From: Kofleriaceae bacterium
GTDB taxonomy: Bacteria; Myxococcota_A; Polyangia; Haliangiales; Haliangiaceae
Reading direction: 5' to 3'
Assembly: GCA_046597055.1 (NCBI GenBank)
Contig: JBKJLC010000088.1
Span: 1-14,868, forward strand
Length of the DNA: 14,868 nucleotides
Both the position numbers and the translations under genes were made by a program. Shown one piece after another: positions 1 to 6,823 of this stretch. Every line of letters starts with the position of its first letter. Positions within the stretch are counted from its first letter, which is position 1. A model generated the notes under the pieces. That model saw nothing but the letters and a program-made list of their open reading frames with translations. It did not search any database and was not told where the DNA came from.

Positions 1-131
1 GCGTCGATGCTGGCGTCGACGATCGGCGTGACGGCGGCGGGGTCGTCGCCGCCGCCGCAGGCGGTGGTGGCCAGCGCGAGGCCGGCGAAGAGAAACGTGG
101 GGGACAGGGCGAGCCGAGCGATGCTGGTCAT
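1..131 (-). CDS. Lipoprotein, N-terminal part only (gene continues beyond left edge); not in the ORF track
   Basis: Minus strand from ATG at 131 reads MTSIARLALSPTFLFAGLALATTACGGGDDPAAVTPIVDASID. This is a hydrophobic signal peptide with lipobox-like TTAC followed by GGGDD. GGAGG RBS at 140-144, 8 nt upstream. Confidence 0.8.
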   Translation of the reverse strand, partial: MTSIARLALSPTFLFAGLALATTACGGGDDPAAVTPIVDASID

Positions 132-339
132 GGAAAATTCCTCCCGGGGGGCGCGTTCGGATGGTGGTCGTCGACCCAACCGGCTCGGGGGAGCCGGGGA
201 CGCGTAGCCTCCCCCCTCAGGGACGCCGCGCGCAGGTCGCCGTGAATGTGCAAGCGTTACGGTCGGTACTGGCGTCGGTCCGGGGGGACGTCACGTCGTA
301 CCGACGGTGCAGTCGGAGCGGTCGGAGCTGGGACCGGGG

Positions 340-1236
340 CTACTCGTCGAAGGGCGAGACCATCTTGGCGGCCGGCTCGCCGGTCGCGAGGACGACCTTC
401 TCGTAGTACTCGGACGCCTTCACGCCGCTCTCGTTGACCTTCTTGATCTCCTCGTCGATCACGCTCTTGAAGGCGCTCGGGTCGCCGGCCTGCACGAAGC
501 GGCCGTTGATGAAGAAGCTCGGGGTCCCGCCGGCGCCGAACTGCTGGAGGGTCTTGTTGCTGCGCGCGACCCACTCCTTGCACTCGCCGTCGAAGTCGCT
601 CTTGAACTTGGCGGCATCGAGACCGATCTCGGCCGCGTTCTTCTGCATCGCCTCGGCGGTGAGCTCGGCGTCGATCGAGGGCTGGCCCTGGTTCGGCCAG
701 ATCTTCTTCCAGCTCAGCTTGCTGAACTCGTCGAACTTGCCCTGCTTGCCGGCCGCGCACGCGCCCTGGCCCGACGGCATCGCGGGCGGGCCATGGATGA
801 GGAAGTACTTGTGCACGACGCGGAGGTCGTTCGGGTACTCGGCCAGCAGCTTGTCGATGGTGGGGACCACCATCGCGCAGTACGGGCACTTGTACTCGTA
901 GGCCTCGATGATCGTGACCTTCGCGTCCTTGGCGCCCATCACGGGATCGGACGGATCGACCGGCACCGCGTAGGTGGCGCTGGTGTCGAGCTCCGGGCGG
1001 ACCGCCTGCTTGAGGAAGGTGGTGATCTTGTCGAGGCGGCGCTCGAGGCGGGCGACCCGCTCGTCGACCGTGCCACTCGGGGCCTCGGAGGCCTGGGTGC
1101 CCGGCTTGGTGGTCGCGGTGGTGGGCTTGACCGGCTTGACGGTGTCACCCCTGTCCCAGGTTGGCTTCTGTTTGTCCTGCTCGCACCCTGCGAGCAGGGC
1201 GGCGAACGAGAGGACGACGGCTACGGAACGAATCAT
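340..1236 (-). CDS. DsbA-family (thioredoxin-fold) thiol:disulfide oxidoreductase lipoprotein
   Basis: CPYC active site in 'AKVTIIEAYEYKCPYC', cis-Pro motif 'GTPSFFING', lipobox LAGC and a short coiled-coil (VDERVARLERRLDKI). Start placed at ATG 1236 because of the -10 box position; ATG 1245 is the alternative. Confidence 0.88.
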   Translation of the reverse strand: MIRSVAVVLSFAALLAGCEQDKQKPTWDRGDTVKPVKPTTATTKPGTQASEAPSGTVDERVARLERRLDKITTFLKQAVRPELDTSATYAVPVDPSDPVMGAKDAKVTIIEAYEYKCPYCAMVVPTIDKLLAEYPNDLRVVHKYFLIHGPPAMPSGQGACAAGKQGKFDEFSKLSWKKIWPNQGQPSIDAELTAEAMQKNAAEIGLDAAKFKSDFDGECKEWVARSNKTLQQFGAGGTPSFFINGRFVQAGDPSAFKSVIDEEIKKVNESGVKASEYYEKVVLATGEPAAKMVSPFDE

Positions 1237-1243
1237 GGCGCGC

Positions 1244-1271
1244 ATACTATCCGTACCGGCAACGATGTCGA
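1244..1271 (-). promoter_or_regulatory. Putative sigma70-type promoter for the DsbA gene (probably leaderless)
   Basis: Minus strand TCGACA (1271-1266), 16-nt spacer, TAGTAT (1249-1244), then 7 nt to ATG 1236. No Shine-Dalgarno visible. Confidence 0.45.
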
Positions 1272-1332
1272 GTGATTCCCAGCGGGGGCGCGACCGGGAC
1301 AGGTGATGTCAGGTCGTGCGGTGCGGGGGCGG

Positions 1333-1373
1333 CCAGCGCCGGGTCGCGGCCCCCGTCCAGCGCCGGGTCGCGG
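1333..1373. repeat. 17-bp direct repeat, 2 copies, 24-bp period
   Basis: CCAGCGCCGGGTCGCGG at 1333-1349 and 1357-1373, in the divergent intergenic region. Confidence 0.6.
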
Positions 1374-1437
1374 TCGCGGCCGCGGCACCCGCGGTGACTG
1401 CACGGTGGCGGGCCGATGACACGTGAATACCTGAGTG

Positions 1438-1454
1438 ATTCAGACGTTCTGAAT
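1438..1454. promoter_or_regulatory. AT-rich palindrome, candidate transcription-factor operator
   Basis: ATTCAGA-CGT-TCTGAAT, a perfect 7-3-7 inverted repeat about 55 bp upstream of the 1510 start, in an otherwise very GC-rich background. Confidence 0.45.
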
Positions 1455-1509
1455 GCCGGGCCACCGGCCGTGGCCAAGCCGCTGGCGACAAGGGTAGTCT
1501 TCCAGCCGC

Positions 1510-2355
1510 GTGAACGGCCGCTTGGTTTTCTTGCTCGTGCTCGCGGCCTGCGCCAGGCCGGGGCCGCCGGCGGCCCCGGCGGTCGAGGTGCTGTCGGGCC
1601 CGGTCGCGGCCGGGCCGGCCGTGCCCGCGGTGACCGCCCCGATCGCCACGCCGGGCGAACAGATGGTCTATCGGGTCGCGATCCACGGGCTCGAGGTCGG
1701 CGAGTACGCGATCAACGTCGGCGAGGTCACGAGGATCGACGGCATCGAGACGGTGGCGGTGCAGTCGTCGGTGCGGACCTCGAAGGTCGCGGCCCTGCTG
1801 CGCACGGTGCAAGACGACTTCGCGAGCTGGATCGACCGCAAGAGCGGGCGGTCGGTGCTGTTCACGTCCCGCGAGCTCGCCCATCCCAAGGACGCGGTCG
1901 AGGAGCGGACCGAGGCGCGCTTCGAGGGCGAGCACGTCGACGTGCTCCTGGTTCGGCCCGAGGGCACCTGGTCGGAGGCGCAGGTGACGCACGGTCCCGG
2001 CTACGACATCATCTCGTTCCTCATCCTCCTGCGCGGGTGGGAAGCCGAGCCGGGGACCCGCCGCGAGGCCGATGTCATGCGCAGTCGCTACGTGTGGCGC
2101 GCGATGACCGTCGTCGTGGGCTACGAGAATCTGGCGACCTCGATGGGTGATCTCGCGGCGGTGCGCTTCGACGGCGAGTCGGTGCGTACCCGGCGGGACG
2201 GCACGCTGGATCCGGCCTCGGAGCGGCGCCGGTGGTCGATCTGGATCACCGACGATGCCGACCGGGTGCCCGTCAAGATCGTCGCGCACACTGATTACGG
2301 CGCGCTCCAGATGGAGCTGATCGCCTACCGCGCCGGCGCGACCACGGCGCGATGA
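1510..2355 (+). CDS. DUF3108-like lipoprotein
   Basis: GTG start, lipobox LAAC, 'PGEQMVYRV' near the N-terminus, 'YDIISFL' and C-terminal 'IWITDDADRVPVKI...YGALQMEL', as recalled for DUF3108 proteins. Stop overlaps the next ATG (ATGA). Confidence 0.75.
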   Translation: MNGRLVFLLVLAACARPGPPAAPAVEVLSGPVAAGPAVPAVTAPIATPGEQMVYRVAIHGLEVGEYAINVGEVTRIDGIETVAVQSSVRTSKVAALLRTVQDDFASWIDRKSGRSVLFTSRELAHPKDAVEERTEARFEGEHVDVLLVRPEGTWSEAQVTHGPGYDIISFLILLRGWEAEPGTRREADVMRSRYVWRAMTVVVGYENLATSMGDLAAVRFDGESVRTRRDGTLDPASERRRWSIWITDDADRVPVKIVAHTDYGALQMELIAYRAGATTAR

Positions 2356-4505
2356 GGCGCGCGCTCACCGCGGCCGGCGCCTGGCTCTTCGCCGCGGGCT
2401 GCGGCCAGGCACCCCCGCGCGACAGCGGCGGACCGGTCGCGGCCAGCCCGGCCCCCACCGCCACGACGGCCGTGGCCCCGGCCGGTGCGACGCAGGCGCC
2501 CCCCACGCCCGTCGCGCTGGCGGCGACGCCGCGCATCGACCTCGACGGCAACCGGCCCCGCTGGCACGGGTACCAGCGCGGGCTGGTCATCCCGATCGCG
2601 GGCCCTGGCCTCGCGACCCACGAGCTCACCGCGCGCTCGGCCTGGCAGGCGCCCGCCCGCGTCGACGGCCGGCCGGCCCGCCGGCTGCGCGGCGCCGCGG
2701 CGCTCGCGTTTCCGTGGATCGACGACGATGGCGCCGCCGAGATCGTCGTGACCGGTCACGGGCCCGCGACCCTGAAAGTGGCGCTCGACAGCGGCAAGCC
2801 GGTCACGGCGACCCTGGCCGCGGGCTGGGGCGAGGCGCGAGTCCCGGTGGCGGCGGGCCGGCTCACGCCCGGCGAGCACACGCTGCGCATCACCGGCAAG
2901 CGCGCGGCGGTCGCGTCGATCGAGGTCGCGCCGCTGTCCGCGGGCGGCGACCCGGCGTGCGCCGACGGGAGCTGGCGCCGGGTCAGCCTCTACCTCGAGC
3001 TGCCGGCCACCGCCCACCTGGTCGCGCGGGCGACCGGCGCGGCGCGGGTGCGGGTGCGGGTGACCGACGAGACCGGCGCCGGCACGCTCGCCTACGACGG
3101 CGCCGCCGCCGCGCTGCCGCCCGCCTTGCCGCTGCCGGCCACCGGCGAGCAGGTGGTGCGGCTCGACCTCGAGGCCGACGGCGGCTGCGCGCGCTGGGAC
3201 GGCGCGCAGATCGCGGTGGTCGGCGCCGCGCCGGTGCCGCGGCCGCCGCCGGTCGACAACGTCGTGCTGGTGGTGGTCGACACCCTGCGCGCCGATCGCC
3301 TCCGCGCCTACGGCGACACCCGGGTCGAGACGCCGTGGCTGACCGCCGCGGCCGCCCGCGGCGCGGTGTTCCTGCGCAACCAGGCGATGGCGCCGTCGTC
3401 GCCGCCCTCGCACGCCACCCTCCACACCGGCCAGATCCCGCGCGTCCACGGCGCGCTCGGCGACGACGGCACGCTGTCGGCGCAGGCCCCGATCCTGTCC
3501 GCCCTGCTGTCGCGGGCCGGCTTCGCGACCGGCTACGTCGGCAACAACGACTTCGCGATGGAGCGCTGGCGCGACGTCGCGCGCTGGGACGTGTACGAGA
3601 CGCCGTACTACCGGCACGGCAAGGACTGCGCGCCGATCGTCGCGCGCGCGGTCGCGCTGGCCACCGCGGCGGCCGCCGCCGGCAAGCGCTTCTTCGTGAC
3701 CGCGCTGCCGATCGAGCCGCACGTCGCCTACCGGTTCCACGCCGGCATCACCGACCAGTACTTCGCCGGACCGTGGCGGAAGCCGCTCGGCAAGCTGGCC
3801 AGCAGCAAGCACCTCGCTCGCATGAAGACGCTGCCGTCGTCCGCGCCCGACTGGGACCAGCTGCGCGCGCTCTACGACGGCGAGGTGACCCACGTCGACC
3901 GGTGCCTGCGCACGCTCGACGATGGCCTGCGCGCCGCCGGCGTGGCCGAGCGCACCGCGATCGTCGTGACCTCCGATCACGGCGAGGGCATGGGCGAGCG
4001 CAAGGGCGCCGCCGGCCACGCCTACAGCCTGCACCGCGAGCTGGTCGACGTGCCGCTGATCGTGATCGGCGGGGTCCCCGCGGTGCGCATCGCCGCGCCC
4101 AGCACCAGCGCCGACCTGGCGCCGACCGTGCTCGACCTGCTCGGGCTGCCGGCCGACCCGCGCATGCAGGGCCAGTCGCTGGTGCCCTCGACGCTCGGGC
4201 CGGTCGCGCTGCCGCGGGTGGTGGCGAGCGAGTACGGCAAGGCCTACGCGCTGCGGGCGGCGCGCTGGCACCTGGTCGTCGGCTACGACGGGCGCGGGGC
4301 GCTGTACGACGTGGTCGCTGATCCGGCCGAGCTGATCGATCGTGCCGGCGATCCGGCCGCCGCGATCCCGCTGCGCTACCTGCGCGACGCCGCCGGCCTG
4401 TACCTCGCGCACCGCCTGGCGTGGCGGGCCGCGACCTGGGGCGCGCTCAACGACCTTGCCCCCGGCAACCCGCTGGTCACCGCCGGCTCACCGACGGTAC
4501 GGTGA
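2352..4505 (+). CDS. Sulfatase-like (alkaline phosphatase superfamily) lipoprotein with long N-terminal accessory region
   Basis: Lipobox AAGC; 'NVVLVVVDTLRAD', 'SSPPSHATLHTG', 'EPHVAY', 'LYDGEVTHVD', 'VVTSDHGE', 'VPLI', 'DLAPTVLDLLGL' and 'LYDVVADPAE' motifs. Confidence 0.88.
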   Translation: MRRALTAAGAWLFAAGCGQAPPRDSGGPVAASPAPTATTAVAPAGATQAPPTPVALAATPRIDLDGNRPRWHGYQRGLVIPIAGPGLATHELTARSAWQAPARVDGRPARRLRGAAALAFPWIDDDGAAEIVVTGHGPATLKVALDSGKPVTATLAAGWGEARVPVAAGRLTPGEHTLRITGKRAAVASIEVAPLSAGGDPACADGSWRRVSLYLELPATAHLVARATGAARVRVRVTDETGAGTLAYDGAAAALPPALPLPATGEQVVRLDLEADGGCARWDGAQIAVVGAAPVPRPPPVDNVVLVVVDTLRADRLRAYGDTRVETPWLTAAAARGAVFLRNQAMAPSSPPSHATLHTGQIPRVHGALGDDGTLSAQAPILSALLSRAGFATGYVGNNDFAMERWRDVARWDVYETPYYRHGKDCAPIVARAVALATAAAAAGKRFFVTALPIEPHVAYRFHAGITDQYFAGPWRKPLGKLASSKHLARMKTLPSSAPDWDQLRALYDGEVTHVDRCLRTLDDGLRAAGVAERTAIVVTSDHGEGMGERKGAAGHAYSLHRELVDVPLIVIGGVPAVRIAAPSTSADLAPTVLDLLGLPADPRMQGQSLVPSTLGPVALPRVVASEYGKAYALRAARWHLVVGYDGRGALYDVVADPAELIDRAGDPAAAIPLRYLRDAAGLYLAHRLAWRAATWGALNDLAPGNPLVTAGSPTVR

Positions 4506-4508
4506 GGG

Positions 4509-4991
4509 ATGAGCGATGACGACCCGGCCGAGCGAGCGCGCCAGCAGGCGCAGCGGCGCGCGTGGAGCTTCGTCTTTGCCGAGAACGTTCCGCACGGCAA
4601 GGCGCTCGGCATCACGATCGAGGACCTCGGCGACGACTGGTGCCGGTTCGTCATGCCGTACGACCTGCGCTTCGTCGGCAACCCGGAGACCGGCGTGCTT
4701 CATGGCGGCGTGATCACCGCGCTGCTCGACGGCTGCTCGGGCATCGCGGTGTTCGCGCGGCTCGCCCAGCTCCAGCCGATCGCGACGCTCGACCTGCGCA
4801 TCGACTACCTGCGACCGGCCGAGCCGGGCAAGGCGGTCCGCGCGCACGCGCACTGCTACCACATGACCCGCAACGTCGCGTTCACCCGGGCGGTCGCCTA
4901 CCACGAGCAGGAAGCCGACCCGATCGCGTCGGCGGTCGCCACGTTCATGGTGGCGACCAAGGTCGGCGCCGGTCCGCGGGGGCCGGCGTGA
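4509..4991 (+). CDS. PaaI-family hotdog-fold thioesterase (copy 1)
   Basis: 'GNPETGVLHGGVITALLD' and 'ATLDLRIDYLRPA' motifs. Starts 3 nt after the sulfatase stop. Confidence 0.88.
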   Translation: MSDDDPAERARQQAQRRAWSFVFAENVPHGKALGITIEDLGDDWCRFVMPYDLRFVGNPETGVLHGGVITALLDGCSGIAVFARLAQLQPIATLDLRIDYLRPAEPGKAVRAHAHCYHMTRNVAFTRAVAYHEQEADPIASAVATFMVATKVGAGPRGPA

Positions 4992-5431
4992 CCCTGCTCG
5001 AGCAGATCGCCGCCGCGCGCGCCGCCGGCGATCCGGCCTCGCTGCTGGCCGCGATCCCGTACGCCCGATGGATGGGCATGACCGCGGCGATCGATCCCGG
5101 CGGCGAGCTGGTGACGACGATGCGGTTTTCCCATCACCTGATTGGCAACCCGTCGCTGCCGGCGCTGCACGGCGGCAGCCTGGGCGCCCTGCTCGAGAGC
5201 GCCGCGGTGGTGACGCTGATGTGGGCGCTGGAGACCGCGCTCCTGCCCAAGACGATCACGATCACGGTCGACTACCTGCGCTCGGCGCGGCCGGTCGACA
5301 CCCACGCGCGCGCCATCGTCACCAAGCAGGGCCGACGGGTCGCGTCGGTCCGGGTCGAGGCATGGCAGGACGATCGGGGTAGTCCGGTGGCGACCGCGCA
5401 CACGCACTTTCTGATCAAGAGCGACGCCTGA
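4988..5431 (+). CDS. PaaI-family hotdog-fold thioesterase (copy 2)
   Basis: True start is probably GTG 4988, overlapping the previous TGA (GTGA), not 4562. Motifs 'IPYARWMG', 'GNPSLPALHGGSLGALLE', 'TITVDYLRSA' and 'KQGRRVA'. Confidence 0.86.
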   Translation: MTLLEQIAAARAAGDPASLLAAIPYARWMGMTAAIDPGGELVTTMRFSHHLIGNPSLPALHGGSLGALLESAAVVTLMWALETALLPKTITITVDYLRSARPVDTHARAIVTKQGRRVASVRVEAWQDDRGSPVATAHTHFLIKSDA

Positions 5432-5569
5432 ACGGCGGCGGGTGCGCGCAGGTGCGCCGCGTGGATGGCCGCTACGCCCGTCAGTCGGATGCCTGTGCGC
5501 CGACGGCACAGCGCGCTCACGAGCACATCCGTATCGCGTGAGATCCGCGGCATCGGGGCGCCCGCCGCG

Positions 5570-5584
5570 GGCCCGGCTCCTGCA
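5570..5584 (+). promoter_or_regulatory. Putative sigma54 (-24/-12) promoter
   Basis: GG-CCCGGCTCCT-GC-A: GG and GC separated by exactly 10 nt, resembling TGGCACG-N4-TTGCW. It would place the TSS a few nt before ATG 5599. Confidence 0.4.
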
Positions 5585-5598
5585 AGTGGCGGCCGTCC

Positions 5599-6675
5599 AT
5601 GCCGAACAGGGTCACGGGTGACGCGGGTCCGGTGCTGGTCGTCGGGGGCGCGGGGTTCATCGGGTCCAACCTCGTGGACCACCTGGCCCGTCGCGGGCAC
5701 CGGGTGCGGGTCTTCGACGACCTGTCGCGCGCCGGCGCCGACCAGAACCTGACGTGGCTGCGCCGTCGCCACGGCGACCAGGTCCAGCCTTTGGTCGCCA
5801 ACGTCCGGCACCGCGGTCGCCTGCGCGACGCGGTCGATGGCGTGCAGGCGGTCTTCCACCTCGCGTCCCCGTCGGTGTGGGTGCCCGAGCTCGGCGCGCA
5901 CGACCCGGCCACGGTCGGCGGCGGTGTGGTCGAGCTCCTCGAGGCGGTCCGGCGCTGCAACCCGCTGCCGGCGGTGATCGTCGCGTCGAGCGGCGAGGTC
6001 TACGGCGCGCTGTCGCACGTGCCGATGGTGGTCGAGGGCGAGCGCTGGTGGCCGGCCGACGCCGCGCTGCGCGCCACCGGTCTCGACGAGGGGCACCCGC
6101 TCGCCTTCGAGACGCCGGCGGGCGCGGCCCGCGCCGCGGTCGATCAGTACGTGCTCGATCACGCGCGGATGGGCACGCCGCCCGCGGTCATCCTGCGCCT
6201 CGGCTGCGTGTACGGCCCGCGGCAGGACCACGGCTGGGTCGCGCAGTTCGTCACGCGCGCGATCGACGACAAGCCGATCACGATCTGCGGCGACGGCCGC
6301 GAGGTGCGCGACGTGCTGTACGTCGAGGACGCGGTCGACGCCCTGGAGCGGGCGTGGCTGCGCGCCGACGTGCTCGCGGGCCGGGCCTTCAACGTCGGCG
6401 GCGGCCCCGGCAGCACGCTGTCGCGCCGCGAGCTGGTCGCGATGATCGAGGAGCTGCGCGGTCGCACGCCGAGCGTGGTCCATCGCGACGCCGGCGCCGG
6501 CGAGCCGCGCTGCTACGTGTCGGACGCGCGAGCGTTCGCGCGCGCGACCGAGTGGCGGCCTCGGATCGGGCCCCGCGCCGGCGTCACCGCGCTGCTCGGC
6601 TGGCTGCTCGACCAGCGCACCGGCCGGCCTCAGACGCTCGAGAACCTGGACCGGATCCCGGTCGCCAGCGTCTGA
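5599..6675 (+). CDS. NAD-dependent epimerase/dehydratase-family (extended SDR, CDP-paratose 2-epimerase-like) protein with degenerate catalytic motif
   Basis: GGAGFIG Rossmann motif, 'DDLSRAG', 'VFHLA', 'VYGPRQ', 'GDGREVRDVLYVED' and 'FNVGGGP'. The expected PYGxSK is present as PAGAAR. Confidence 0.85.
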   Translation: MPNRVTGDAGPVLVVGGAGFIGSNLVDHLARRGHRVRVFDDLSRAGADQNLTWLRRRHGDQVQPLVANVRHRGRLRDAVDGVQAVFHLASPSVWVPELGAHDPATVGGGVVELLEAVRRCNPLPAVIVASSGEVYGALSHVPMVVEGERWWPADAALRATGLDEGHPLAFETPAGAARAAVDQYVLDHARMGTPPAVILRLGCVYGPRQDHGWVAQFVTRAIDDKPITICGDGREVRDVLYVEDAVDALERAWLRADVLAGRAFNVGGGPGSTLSRRELVAMIEELRGRTPSVVHRDAGAGEPRCYVSDARAFARATEWRPRIGPRAGVTALLGWLLDQRTGRPQTLENLDRIPVASV

Positions 6676-6688
6676 CCATCCTTCCGAC

Positions 6689-6720
6689 ACGGTGGCGCCG
6701 CCCCCCGACGGCGCCACCGT
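6689..6720. terminator. GC-rich hairpin between convergent genes (possible bidirectional terminator)
   Basis: ACGGTGGCGCCG (6689-6700), 8-nt loop, CGGCGCCACCGT (6709-6720): perfect 12-bp stem 13 nt after the SDR stop. No U-tract. Confidence 0.55.
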
Positions 6721-6823
6721 ATCGACCCCACTGAACCTGCCCCTACTTCCAGCAACGTACCGGTCGCCATCGTCGCACGCGAGTCCGCGCGGGTGGTGCT
6801 CGGGTGTCGGAAGTCGTCCTACG

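Noticed and set aside
340..1236. Functional linkage of DsbA with the cytochrome and Cys-rich genes as one redox system
   Set aside because: They are over 10 kb apart with unrelated genes between them, and nothing in the sequence supports co-regulation.
2325..4412. Long ORFs 2325..4412(-), 2714..4321(+), 5272..6912(-), 6692..8968(+), 9154..10992(-), 9744..11246(+), 307..1275(+)
   Set aside because: Antisense or off-frame shadows of well-supported genes. Long stop-free frames are expected at this GC content, and the products have no recognisable motifs.
4562..4987. N-terminal extension of ORF 4562..5431 (possible frameshifted or fused double-hotdog gene)
   Set aside because: The extension overlaps thioesterase 1 out of frame and is Arg-rich junk. 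The GTGA overlap gives a natural start at 4988, and both genes look complete.
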